A stretch of 64,000 nt of DNA from a virus (taxonomy: Duplodnaviria; Caudoviricetes). Every line of letters begins with the position of its first letter. Positions within the stretch are counted from its first letter, which is position 1. The translations under genes and the position numbers were made by a program. The notes beneath the pieces were generated by a model that saw only the letters and a list, made by a program, of their open reading frames with translations, had not been told where the DNA came from and did not search any database. This document shows, one piece after another, positions 36,801 through 44,777 of this stretch. The DNA is taken from IMG/VR virus record IMGVR_UViG_2509276065_000002, positions 32,001 to 96,000 of that record. One strand, written 5' to 3'.

Positions 36801-39574
36801 GCGCCTTCCTGAGCCGCTGCGGCCTTGCCAGGCGCGTAACCGGACAGGTTGATCGACCCGCCTCGCTGGATGGTGGTTTGCAGATGCTTGATCTGCTCGT
36901 CGAGTTGCTTGACTTCCTCGGCCATCCGCGCGGGATTTTCACTGCCGTGCGCGAACAGACCACCAATGATGGGGTTGTTCCGGAAGTACTCGATCCGGTT
37001 TTGCAGGTGCTCACGGCGTTCGACGAGCTTCCCGAGGTGCTGGAAGACGTCATTGTCGAGTTTGGTGCCGTCGATTTCGTTTTTGTTCAGCCACTCGCCG
37101 AATTCCGGCAGGCCACCCGACAGGCGCGACAGGAAAGCGTTGAGTTTCTCCAGGGCGTTGTTGAGTGGACCCACGAAGTTCTTGGTCATCAGGGCACCCA
37201 AATCTTCGATGTTGGCTTTCAAGGTCGCCTGCTGCGCTTCGAGGTCGTCACTGAACTGCGCGCTGTAGCGGTTGAGGGCGCCTGAGCTGTTCTCGATCTC
37301 GTGGCCCAGCGTCCGCCATTCACCGCTCAGGTTGAGCACCGCCCGCGCACCCTGGGTGTCCATGATGTTGTTGACTGCCGCGAGCGCCTCACCGGTCCCT
37401 TCGAGCTTCCCGGTGGTTTCGTTGTAAGTGATGCCCAGGCTGGACAGTTTGGCGCTCAGGTCCTTGATGATGTCCCCGGCCGGGCGGATGTTGCCGTTGG
37501 AGTCGATCACCGCGATATTCCACGCCTGCAGTTGCTTGGTGGCTTTGGGTGTGATGTCCGACAAGGCCGCCAGCGCGGAATTCAATCCGTCCGCGCCGGT
37601 ATCCGCGGCACTCATGCCTTTGTTGTCCAGTTCGACCAGCATGCCGAGCAAGTCGGACATCTCGATTTTCGCCTGGAAGGCCATCCCGGCGACTTTGTTG
37701 AAGCCCGTGAAGAGATCCGTGGCGGATCCGGCCGCGAGACCGCCGGCTTTGGCGAACATGTCCCCCACTCGCGCGGCCTGTTCCGTTTCGAGGTGGTACT
37801 GGTTGATGGCTTTGAGCAGCATGCCGGACTGTTCGGTCAGGTTGGTGCCTTCCACGAACGCGAACTTGGTGGAGACACCCAGCACGTTCATCGCTTCGGA
37901 CGCGCTGGCGCCCGCCTTGACGGTATCGGCGAGTGCGGCGGCCAGGCCGCTCTTGCTGAACGTTCTCGCGGCGTCATTGCCGCTGTTTTTCAGTTGATCG
38001 ATGCGGTTCTCGATCATCGTGAGGTCCGTCACGCCACTGTTCGCGAGGGACGAGAAGGACTTCTGCATGACCTTGTGCTGCTCGATGCCGATACGCGCGA
38101 GGCTCCCGAGCGCCAGGGCGACACCGCCGATCACCGCGGCACTCGCCGCGAAGCCAATCGCGAGTTTTGCTTGCCCGAGGGCAGCTTGCCGGGCGACCGG
38201 GTCGTGCTCCTTGTGCGCTTCGATCAGGCTCTGCACGTGCCCAGCCGCGCCTTCCGCAGCGCCACCGAGACCCTCCGCGGCCACTTCGGTCGCGGCGGCC
38301 GCCCCGACGCCCTGCTGCGCGGCCTGCGGGAGGGCCTTGCCGAGCTGACCGGTGACTTTCTCGAGGCTTTCCGACAGACCTTCGATCGCTCCTCCGGCCA
38401 GCACACCCCCCGCCAGTCCTGCCACACTCTGGGTGCTCGTGCCCGGTCCGTGCATGGGCCGGTTGGCCCCGTCACGCGCGGCGTCCGCGAGGAACTGCCC
38501 GGCCCGGCGTGCTTCGTTCGTCTGCGACAGGATGCCTTTCACGTACCCGGACGCGGCGAATTCACCCACGCGGTACATCACCTGCGAAGGGGATTTGATC
38601 TGCAGGCGCTCACGGATGGCGTCCTCGATGCTGCCCCCCATCCGGCGCGCTTCCGCGCGAATGTCATCCATCTGTGAGCGCAATCCGGCCAGCTGACCTT
38701 GCCCGGCTGCCTGTCCGACTTCCTGCCCGGCCTGGCGGGCTTCTTTGCTTTGCGCGCGGAACTCCAGCCACAACACCCCGAGTTGCTCGGCGAGCTGCCC
38801 GAACATCCCGAGGGATCCCAGTGCGCTCAGGGCTCCCCGGTGAATGCCGTCCGAGAAGCCACCGGGCGTGTTGATACCCATGGCGCTGTCCGCGTTGGTC
38901 TGCGCGACCCGCGCGACTTGCGTGAAGCGCTTGTACGCGTCGCTGGTGTGATCGAGCGCCGCGGCACTCTCCAGCGCCCGGCGACGCACGTCCTCCTGCA
39001 ACTTCACGACTTGCGGGCCGTTCAGCACGCCACTCTGCCACAACGAACGGTACGCGGCTGCTTCGTTGGCGAGTGCGGCGGTCGCTTCGCGGGCCTGGCG
39101 CGAACGCAGCTGGTACTGCTGGGCGCTCTGCTGCGCGCTGAGTCGCTCTTCCGCGGTGCGCAGCCGCACGGCCGCGACTTGCTTTTGGGTTTCCGCTATG
39201 GCCGTGGCACCGTTGAGTTTCACGGCGGCTGCTTGCCGTTGAAGTTCCGCGGTGCCGGCCCGCAAGCTGCCCGTCGTGGCGTCGTACTCCGCGCGGAGGG
39301 CTTTGGCGCCGAGTCCTTGTTCCTTGAGGGCCTGGCGGGTCTGCGCGTCGAGTTTACGGCCCTCCAGGCCTTGCTGACGGAGGGAATCACGGGTTTCCTG
39401 CGCGAGCTTCCCGGTTTCCACCCGAGCGTCCTTGATGGAAGCAAGACCGTCCGAACCGACCCGTAACGTCAGTTTCTGAGCGTCGAGTTCCTTCTGGATC
39501 GCCGCGACATCCCGCATTAAACCGGTTTTGTCCGCTCCTGTCTCCGCGATCAGGTCACCGAGTTTCCCGAGCAT
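30872..39574 (-). CDS. Tail tape measure protein with internal NlpC/P60-like domain
   Basis: 2900 aa, IKSPSQVM motif, TP901-like core, ECAKWVRQ...GDLVFY...HVGIYVGNG, helical repeats. Confidence 0.92.
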   Translation of the reverse strand: MLGKLGDLIAETGADKTGLMRDVAAIQKELDAQKLTLRVGSDGLASIKDARVETGKLAQETRDSLRQQGLEGRKLDAQTRQALKEQGLGAKALRAEYDATTGSLRAGTAELQRQAAAVKLNGATAIAETQKQVAAVRLRTAEERLSAQQSAQQYQLRSRQAREATAALANEAAAYRSLWQSGVLNGPQVVKLQEDVRRRALESAAALDHTSDAYKRFTQVARVAQTNADSAMGINTPGGFSDGIHRGALSALGSLGMFGQLAEQLGVLWLEFRAQSKEARQAGQEVGQAAGQGQLAGLRSQMDDIRAEARRMGGSIEDAIRERLQIKSPSQVMYRVGEFAASGYVKGILSQTNEARRAGQFLADAARDGANRPMHGPGTSTQSVAGLAGGVLAGGAIEGLSESLEKVTGQLGKALPQAAQQGVGAAAATEVAAEGLGGAAEGAAGHVQSLIEAHKEHDPVARQAALGQAKLAIGFAASAAVIGGVALALGSLARIGIEQHKVMQKSFSSLANSGVTDLTMIENRIDQLKNSGNDAARTFSKSGLAAALADTVKAGASASEAMNVLGVSTKFAFVEGTNLTEQSGMLLKAINQYHLETEQAARVGDMFAKAGGLAAGSATDLFTGFNKVAGMAFQAKIEMSDLLGMLVELDNKGMSAADTGADGLNSALAALSDITPKATKQLQAWNIAVIDSNGNIRPAGDIIKDLSAKLSSLGITYNETTGKLEGTGEALAAVNNIMDTQGARAVLNLSGEWRTLGHEIENSSGALNRYSAQFSDDLEAQQATLKANIEDLGALMTKNFVGPLNNALEKLNAFLSRLSGGLPEFGEWLNKNEIDGTKLDNDVFQHLGKLVERREHLQNRIEYFRNNPIIGGLFAHGSENPARMAEEVKQLDEQIKHLQTTIQRGGSINLSGYAPGKAAAAQEGASKLVLDTSFKALTSKATTAIVDECAKWVRQTLGLAYKGSEKAIDEMFRKKPDMVNGKLMPTARSAADNFKEAGLLKPYRGKEELKEGDLVFYTSNGQNHVGIYVGNGYVRGNNRVTNAKTGGRDARGDVAIGALGNPTSYVRQGDYAAHLNLKFPSATPTSKYTPDKTGAPSAADANARTTALAKLEQQLRALIKAEQTLSGAALTKNLGQQRALITQFEKQGGDVKRLRENLSDYEKGLKSAGTAAEVFRSRFEDLSLSAKAGDITQGQYLTGLQKLQRELDAARKKTALSADATRDLTRVYTQVKDAQQGLLPTGADGLSNRLKDLQRNFNAGRLGDVDGQGRQAYAGGLSKLLTEAQAAYAATGNKGSQSAKDLLDVIINLQGAQKSLNKENKEYVLTTADWNKQRARATDLAQRSLKIEERGTEAQKLTLRGEIERYVKTNDAQRAAFDFARDLARKTEQLQDQADQRDVNRANLQKQLNRELAQGRLSDAQATLRQLEAAREASLAGEKKNAAQRLIIERESSQAILNARLSIAARTRDAAIKAARDEANARRTEQNKLYDGKTPQSILKGIQQVEDAAVATARTTYTTETRIARDEATKRVIIAKEAAREETDQRSRGIEEAIQKYARLRRAIDELAQAGEFSGDKKAALLEQLQSLRRELSGKGLDTAPAVAAVDKLTGAFFHHGERASELAAQEKGVADAFEYLAKNVGAADDHLNRRPIMDSVKVTLDDLNRLLPDAAMNFDAVSAVIDELGSKSGLAADELARLKTEALGMAEEGANSVIRGLAGTLTDQVAQLADLTESGAFQQLSVQSRSKLRAYLDDLRTQLQQAYANLPNPYADGGPLAITRPGERDAGRASVDALVKVQAAQEALARLGTASEDEIGGIIATVTNLMADENTWAGLSDRLKKALTDGLADAEERYGQFAERLKNTSLDARAAGFVPGQDSQRKPEPGAGIAGAFEAGLRVDLGGMTEEELRAYSERMQDLADRTRNLAGAEQIAQKATERLAEAQRQLDERLAVRLGLVNLQQQTLEQQHSAGLLSERAYLDQRETLALEAERLRFQGEEQQLERDHASQARRELALSQHQANLSGITRSGNTDRERLAQQHAATMQDLLRAAEEQDLESRRSAGQLSERQYLVERERLQLQAAAATRDRELQAAQSNTQLRVEAEQRYQNEVKRITSQGLTARTELERKHQQTLASLNRERRSDALEARFRQHLISERDYQAQREALALESARAEYEAAVQGGTDELEAREKFENERLRITQEGIEARQALYLNEFDRIIQGFTAVANVLDKITGGSLSKLAGAASSSFDAFKSFASGDIVGGITSTLNAVEQLGDFITDSLNPGLREYQERMRSIASDQRSAAGLSGGAFENPFKKALEAEAAKRDTLANAGFWQRLGWQAFGGAPQVLSEEAAKLQIKAAEIFANLGTTISNTLDSALMDGFLTGDFSKAEAAFDKSINTFIAKLLIQTMITQSKLAAEMKRFSEWLAHAMQDGVLDASERANVKAWGRYFKSQGRVISDASKEVLSELDGFGSEVQQQLYDVQGEVSGALQSSITNAFETGDWSAATDTFKKSINTLVAKVITETVVAQSKLAARLEDFKHWYASAMRDGVLDEAEQRQMEGWGDHFQDLGEQALKDARLAVGQLEGAKRTWQTKAGEIFNDLSGSIKNSLESALVDGFFKADFSEVGVAFEKTLNSFLAKMAIQALLAQSQIQELMDGYAQNYAYAMRDGLIDAQEQTNLDAWVDAIRSEGKRVLNLGGGLLSGLPGYGSEKQETAGADSIAYWREQASQAQGRFEKATSDAERDRARRDLQDAQDRIKRLEGEERDSPTPTDLFGAMPDLGISAIDSSLLRGFDAFGSEYVPKVIRSAELMERAAEYLSGGIRVAVPDAPGRGVSMMTSIDASGMRFERGSELIEQAARYLADSLRGGLHVILSDGEGERRYDARPALSDVYRG

Positions 39575-39575
39575 G

Positions 39576-40070
39576 TCACCCTCCTTTCCCTGCCAGTTGA
39601 ATGCGTTCGAACGCGCGGCTGAGCGGCAGACCGTCCTCAGTGGCCGGCAAGCTCGCCATGAAATCCCCGTTGAGCAGGCTGGCGTTCATCGCGAGAGCCA
39701 GTCCACGCGCCACGGCCGGGTGAATTGGGTACGGCGTGATGGGCGTCGGCATGGAAGACGTGACGCTCGTTTCTCCTCGCTGGAAGGGGAACGGCACGGC
39801 TTGCTTCTCGCCTTGCTCGATGATTTCTCGTGCGATGGTTTTGATGTCCTTGGCGAAGCCGAGCATGCCGAGCTGCCCGCTGGTGACACTGCGCGCGAAG
39901 GCGCGGCGTTCGCGGTCACGCAGACGTTCATGTAAAAAGAACAGCTGATCGAGCGGCATGTCGTACCAGTCGGTAGCTGGGTCTTCGAGGTTGAGGTCGG
40001 CAAAAATGACCGGGAGGTCCGGACGAACGAGCTGCTTCAGCTCTCCGGAACCTCCTCCTGGGGTTTTCCC
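39576..40070 (-). CDS. Tail assembly chaperone, -1 frameshift extension (gpGT-like)
   Basis: The -1 frame from the GGGAAAA slippery site is open and in frame with MPLDQ at 39959. Confidence 0.75.
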   Translation of the reverse strand, partial: GKTPGGGSGELKQLVRPDLPVIFADLNLEDPATDWYDMPLDQLFFLHERLRDRERRAFARSVTSGQLGMLGFAKDIKTIAREIIEQGEKQAVPFPFQRGETSVTSSMPTPITPYPIHPAVARGLALAMNASLLNGDFMASLPATEDGLPLSRAFERIQLAGKGG

Positions 40071-40417
40071 TTGTCACCTGACAGCACCGCACTCTGCCAT
40101 TTCGTCACGTCACGCGGGCCGCATTTGCTGATGAGTTCCTCCACGCTGGCGGGGGCGTTGCTGCCCATGCGGCGTTGCAGCATCCGCAGCAGCAACGCCC
40201 GGTTCGCTTCTTTCGCTTGCAGCTTGGACGCCTGGATTTCTTCGGGTGTGCCTTTCTCCAGTTCGACGGGCAAGTCATCCCACGCGTCGATTTCGGCGTA
40301 AGAGAAACTCAGGTACGGCACGAACAACTCACCCAGCCAATGGCCGTACTTGCGGTTCGGGCGGCCATTGGCGGCTTCCACGGTGCGTTCACGACGGGTG
40401 TCAGTCACAAGGTTCAC
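40037..40417 (-). CDS. Tail assembly chaperone (gpG-like)
   Basis: Upstream of the TMP; ends just after the G GGA AAA heptamer. Confidence 0.75.
   Translation of the reverse strand: MNLVTDTRRERTVEAANGRPNRKYGHWLGELFVPYLSFSYAEIDAWDDLPVELEKGTPEEIQASKLQAKEANRALLLRMLQRRMGSNAPASVEELISKCGPRDVTKWQSAVLSGDKGKPQEEVPES
40064..40070 (-). promoter_or_regulatory. -1 programmed ribosomal frameshift site G GGA AAA
   Basis: X XXY YYZ in the correct phase (AAG GGA AAA CCC). Confidence 0.8.
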
Positions 40418-40722
40418 TCCTGAAAAAGGGATTCTGGTGTTATCAGGCGCGTCAGGGTCAGCGCGCGATGCAAAAACGGGGGTTCGTTGCCGCCATACCC
40501 TCGCCGTAAAGCCGGCACGACGACCCGCACGGCGTGCGGCATGGACACCCAGCGACGCGAGTCGGGATGTTCCATGTGAAGGGCGCTGAGTTCGGTGTTT
40601 TCTGTGAGGTCGTAGCGCGCCAGGAACGCCAGGGCTTCCAGGCGGTCCGGGTGGAGCGTGACACCAAAAAGAACCAGCGAAGGCGCTTTGCCTTCGCTGC
40701 CGAGAAACAGGACATCGATCAT
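40414..40722 (-). CDS. Hypothetical protein
   Basis: Coupled to the HNH and chaperone genes. Confidence 0.5.
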   Translation of the reverse strand: MIDVLFLGSEGKAPSLVLFGVTLHPDRLEALAFLARYDLTENTELSALHMEHPDSRRWVSMPHAVRVVVPALRRGYGGNEPPFLHRALTLTRLITPESLFQE

Positions 40723-40723
40723 T

Positions 40724-41341
40724 TCATGGGTACTCCCGCAGGTAGGCTTGAAACTCGTCAGCCGTTTTGGGACCTTTACGCTGGTTGCAGTTCAGACACG
40801 CCAGGACGATGTTGTCGAGATCGTCTGTGCCTCCGCGAGCTTTTGGCGTGCGGTGGTCAACGGTAGGTCGGGACAGCCCGGCGAAATCGAATGGCCGCTG
40901 GCAGTAGTAGCAAAACCCTTGTTGCCTTCCGGCGATCACGATCAAGTCCCGGCTCTTGTAGGGCCGGGACGCTCTCGCTCTACTTTCCTTCGCACGAACC
41001 ACCTTTGCTCGGTCGCGCCGGACAGCCGCTTCGGGAGATACAGCGCGATTTCTGCTCCGCTCCGCCTTTTGCTGACGATTTTGGTAACTCCATCGCTGGT
41101 TGTATTTCCGCTTGGCTTCTTTTTGGTCCTCGCTCCGATTGGCTCGACGGGAATGGTAGAGTTCAGGATTGTCGTGATACCGGGTGCTGGCGGCTGTTCT
41201 CGCGGTCGCTTGACGACAAGGAATGCAGGGGGAGCAGAAGGTCGGCCCTCCCGATTTCTTCTTTTCCTGATAGAAATGCTCGGTTGTCGCAGGAAAAGAC
41301 TGCCCACACTTTCGGCACAACTTCAGCGTAAAATTTGACAT
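40724..41341 (-). CDS. HNH endonuclease (free-standing, homing-type)
   Basis: CRKC/CIPC N-terminal Zn sites; CYYC...TVDHRTPKARGGTDDLDNIVLACLNCNQRK; lower GC. Confidence 0.9.
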   Translation of the reverse strand: MSNFTLKLCRKCGQSFPATTEHFYQEKKKSGGPTFCSPCIPCRQATARTAASTRYHDNPELYHSRRANRSEDQKEAKRKYNQRWSYQNRQQKAERSRNRAVSPEAAVRRDRAKVVRAKESRARASRPYKSRDLIVIAGRQQGFCYYCQRPFDFAGLSRPTVDHRTPKARGGTDDLDNIVLACLNCNQRKGPKTADEFQAYLREYP

Positions 41342-41441
41342 GTCCGGGCGCCTCACCGCCCGGACTAATTTTATCATTTTCGGCGCTGGGACGGTCTTTA
41401 GGCTTGCCTCCCCTGCTGGCCCAGAAACAGCGCGTCGATCA

Positions 41442-42182
41442 TCAGGCGCCTGCGAGCGCTCCGACTTCTCTCCACTGAGGGTTGGCGTCGTTGAGGTTCG
41501 TCCAGTACAACTTGCCGCTCAGGTTGGCGCTGAAGGTGCTGCGCAGCGAGCCCGCCCCGCCGCCCTTGCTGGGCGCGCCGATGTTCACTGTGGCGAGCAG
41601 CGCAAAACCGTCGGTGTACCGGAAGATCAACCGCGCGCGGTTCCCGGGGCTGAGTTGCGTGCCGAGTTCCGTGAGACGCAAGACGATCGGGTCGTCGAGA
41701 CCTGCGACCATGGTGATGGTCGCGGTGAGGTCCTTCCCGTTCACGACGCGAATCGGTGTGGCGCGTCCCATCACGGTGATGGTTTCCTCGTCGTCCGTGA
41801 TGGCCGGGTTGCTTTCCTCCGCGTTCGGCACGGTGAGGTACGAATCGTAAGTGGCGGCGGCGTTGAGGGCCACCGGAGCGGGCGCCGCGACGATCGGCAC
41901 GTTCGTGGCCGCAGCAGTGAGGGCGACCGGGTACGCGCCGGCAACGACCAGCACTACCCCGTTGAAGTCCAGACGGTCACCCGGGTAGACCGTGACGTTC
42001 GGCGCGGCCGTCAAGCTGGCCGTGACCGCTCCAGCAGCGACTGCGGCGGCAGCAGTGAGGGTGCTCGTGACGAACTGCAAGGTTTCGAGGCGACGCAGCA
42101 GGTACGTCTGCATCAGACGGTTGGAGTAGACGCGTGGGGTGTTATCGACGGGAAGTACGGCAGGAATCACGTCTTGGGGCAT
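41442..42182 (-). CDS. Major tail (tube) protein
   Basis: Synteny; C-terminal FSANLSGK strand typical of tube proteins. Confidence 0.7.
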   Translation of the reverse strand: MPQDVIPAVLPVDNTPRVYSNRLMQTYLLRRLETLQFVTSTLTAAAAVAAGAVTASLTAAPNVTVYPGDRLDFNGVVLVVAGAYPVALTAAATNVPIVAAPAPVALNAAATYDSYLTVPNAEESNPAITDDEETITVMGRATPIRVVNGKDLTATITMVAGLDDPIVLRLTELGTQLSPGNRARLIFRYTDGFALLATVNIGAPSKGGGAGSLRSTFSANLSGKLYWTNLNDANPQWREVGALAGA

Positions 42183-42241
42183 GCTTGTTCTCCTCCGAAA
42201 GGATGGCCGTCAAGGACCAGGAGTGAGGGTGTCAGGACGGG

Positions 42242-42448
42242 TTACTTGACTTTGCAGGCGTCCGGGTCTTCCGCCAGGTACGCCCGAGCGGCTTCCTCGT
42301 TCTTGGCGGTGACCCGCCAGGTGTTCCCACCTTCCTTGACTTCCAGCAGCACCCCGCCCGTGTCGAGCTCGGTGATTTTGCCTTTCGCGCTGGGCGCGCT
42401 GGTTTCGCTGCTTTTGGCGGGCGTGGCGGGTTCTTGTTCTTTGGTCAT
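42242..42448 (-). CDS. Small hypothetical virion-region protein
   Basis: GGAGG RBS, MTKEQEPA... Confidence 0.55.
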   Translation of the reverse strand: MTKEQEPATPAKSSETSAPSAKGKITELDTGGVLLEVKEGGNTWRVTAKNEEAARAYLAEDPDACKVK

Positions 42449-42471
42449 GGGTGGTTCCTCCAGCAGTGGAT

Positions 42472-42885
42472 TTACGAACTCTGGTACTGAATCAGCACGC
42501 GGATGCTGCCGTAGATGGTGTTGCCATCCGGATCGTCGAAGAGGGGCTCGTCCGTGCCGACGGTGGTGGCACCCGGAATGACCCACAATCCCGGATGCCG
42601 GTCGATTTCGCGGGCACGTCGGCGCAAATGCGCCATGACGATGCTGAGCGACTGACGACCCGCGGCGGTGCGCGGAAAGCCGTACAGCATCACCTGCACG
42701 GGTCGCGTGCGGACCTGCAGGCCGTTCAGGGTTTCCAGGGTGGGCAGGCCGGGGCGTTCGATGGTCAACGCGTACGGCATGCCCGCGGGCGGGAGGGGGT
42801 GAGGTGGCCGGAAGCTGGTGGTGTTCCCGGCGTCATCACGTGCCAGCTGCAAGCCGAGGTCGTACAGGAGCCGGTCTAGAGTGAT
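42472..42885 (-). CDS. Tail terminator-like protein
   Basis: Synteny; RBS AAGGAGG lies before an ATC codon at 42885 (next canonical start TTG 42852). Confidence 0.5.
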   Translation of the reverse strand: MTLDRLLYDLGLQLARDDAGNTTSFRPPHPLPPAGMPYALTIERPGLPTLETLNGLQVRTRPVQVMLYGFPRTAAGRQSLSIVMAHLRRRAREIDRHPGLWVIPGATTVGTDEPLFDDPDGNTIYGSIRVLIQYQSS

Positions 42886-43313
42886 GCCACCACCTCCTTG
42901 ATCTTCCGGTGCAGTCGGGCGTGCAGTTCGTCATCCGCGAGGGCTTTGCTGAGCCAGCCTCGGGAGCCGTGCTCGGAGTCGCGTTTGACGGGACTGCCCG
43001 GTGGTGAGGGGTACTCGAGCGCCCAGGCTTCCACGGGCACCGGGGCGATCTCGTTGAGCGCCCCGACGGCCCACATACCGTTGAGGCTGCGCTGGCTTTT
43101 CCCGATGGACGCGAGCAAAGCGCCACTCTGCTCGGCCGGGTAATCGCCCGGTGACGAGGACGGGTTCGGCAGGCCCGGCCAGTGCGTACCGCTGCCCGGA
43201 CCGGAGAGTCTGTCGAGCAGGAACGACACGAATTCCTCCGCGATGCCTTCACCGACTTTGTCGAGCGCGCGGTCGAGTTCACGCTCCAGGTGCGGGTTGG
43301 GTTTAAACGCCAT
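42876..43313 (-). CDS. Neck / tail completion protein (HK97 gp10-like)
   Basis: SSPGDYPAEQSGALLASI...AWALEY...RGWL motif. Confidence 0.65.
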   Translation of the reverse strand: MAFKPNPHLERELDRALDKVGEGIAEEFVSFLLDRLSGPGSGTHWPGLPNPSSSPGDYPAEQSGALLASIGKSQRSLNGMWAVGALNEIAPVPVEAWALEYPSPPGSPVKRDSEHGSRGWLSKALADDELHARLHRKIKEVVASL

Positions 43314-43734
43314 GCCGCGCTCCGGGTGCGCGGCACAGCACCTGCCACGCCACGCCGACCGTGCCGAGATCGTTGGCGTCTTCGAGTGGACGCAGGCGCA
43401 ATCCGTTGCTTTCCAGCTCGAAGCCGGGTGTGCCGACGGGTGCGTCTCCGAGGAGTAACACCAGCCAGAGGGGCGCGTCGATGTCCGCGAAATCCCCTCC
43501 ATACTCCCGGCGTTCGCGGCCTTGCAGTTGGTACGCGTAGCCGCTGACGCGCACGCTGGCCGCTTCCGGCGCGGGTGGCTGGAGGATGGTGTTGCCGGAC
43601 GCGTCCACCTCCTGGGGCGCGTCGTTGTTGGTGGGGGCAGCGCGGTGCACCTTTACTCCCGGCGAATTGAGGGCGTCAAAGATGACGCGCAGTTCCGGGA
43701 CACTGAGCGCCTGAATTTCGGTGGGAGTGAACAT
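43303..43734 (-). CDS. Head closure / adaptor protein
   Basis: Synteny. Confidence 0.5.
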   Translation of the reverse strand: MFTPTEIQALSVPELRVIFDALNSPGVKVHRAAPTNNDAPQEVDASGNTILQPPAPEAASVRVSGYAYQLQGRERREYGGDFADIDAPLWLVLLLGDAPVGTPGFELESNGLRLRPLEDANDLGTVGVAWQVLCRAPGARHGV

Positions 43735-44081
43735 CACCCCACTCCCCAAGGTTCGATGACCGGCGCTGGATTCGCGCTGCCCGGACTCACCACTTCCGCC
43801 CGGCTGGCGCGGTCGCGCAGCTGCGCGGCGCGTGACAGCCAGAACGGCGCGGAGGCCTGGAAGTCAATCTTGATCGGACCGACCTCCAGCGCCTTCACGC
43901 GTTGCGCGTTCGCGGCGAGATCATCAAGCACTGCCGCCGCGACGAGATCCTCCCGGCCATGCACCCGCAGGGCTTTTTCGAGGTTGAGGCGCTGCTCGGC
44001 GGGCAGCGCGGTGTACGCCGACCAGCCCACGCCCCCCACGTGAACTTCAATCGCGTCGAGTTGCTCTGCGCTGAGCGCCAT
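43734..44081 (-). CDS. Head-tail connector protein
   Basis: Synteny; VKALEVGPIKIDF...AAQLR pattern. Confidence 0.55.
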   Translation of the reverse strand: MALSAEQLDAIEVHVGGVGWSAYTALPAEQRLNLEKALRVHGREDLVAAAVLDDLAANAQRVKALEVGPIKIDFQASAPFWLSRAAQLRDRASRAEVVSPGSANPAPVIEPWGVG

Positions 44082-44092
44082 GACGCACCGCC

Positions 44093-44728
44093 TTACTGCG
44101 AAGCGCTCGGCGCGAACTCACGGAGTTTCGTGACGGTGCCTGGGCCGACATCGTCGAGGGTGCGCAGTTCCTCATCTGTCGCGCGCGCGAGGGCTTGCTT
44201 CCCGACGAAGCCCGCTTCGATCAGGCTCTTGCGGGCGTTCGGGGTGAGTCCCTCGGGCAGGAGCGGACCGAGCGTCTGGAACTCCGCGAGTTGCCCTTCG
44301 AGGGTCCTCACCTTCTCGGCGTTGCCGTCACGTTGCTTTTGCGCCGCGTCCAGGCTGGCCTGCAAGGCGCGCAGGGCGGTGTCGCGTTCATCGAGCTGCC
44401 CTGCGAGAGTCTGCAGTTTGCCGTTCAGCTGCTGCACTTCACCGGTAGCGTTTTTCAGTTGCGTCTGAAGCTGCAGGGCTTTGCGTTCAGCCGCGCTGGC
44501 TTCCACTTTCGCTTCGGTCGCTTCGGGATTACGGGCCGCTTCGATCTGCTCGGCGTCCGCGACGAAGCCGTGCGTCAGGTAATGACGCACTTGTGCTTCG
44601 TCGACCTGCTGCTGATCGAAGGGCGTGCCGGGCTGCAGCCAGGCGCTGCCGGTCCAGAGGAGTTTCGTTACGACGAGTTTCTCTGGAATGGTGGGCGCGT
44701 CCGTGGCCGCTGGGTTGGGTTGAGTCAT
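44093..44728 (-). CDS. Coiled-coil protein with C-terminal helix-hairpin-helix
   Basis: LIEAGF...ATDEELRTLDDVGPGTVTKLRE. Confidence 0.65.
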   Translation of the reverse strand: MTQPNPAATDAPTIPEKLVVTKLLWTGSAWLQPGTPFDQQQVDEAQVRHYLTHGFVADAEQIEAARNPEATEAKVEASAAERKALQLQTQLKNATGEVQQLNGKLQTLAGQLDERDTALRALQASLDAAQKQRDGNAEKVRTLEGQLAEFQTLGPLLPEGLTPNARKSLIEAGFVGKQALARATDEELRTLDDVGPGTVTKLREFAPSASQ

Positions 44729-44777
44729 GGCCGTCCTTTTGGTTGAGGCGTGAGAGGGCGAAAGGTCGAAAAGCGCG

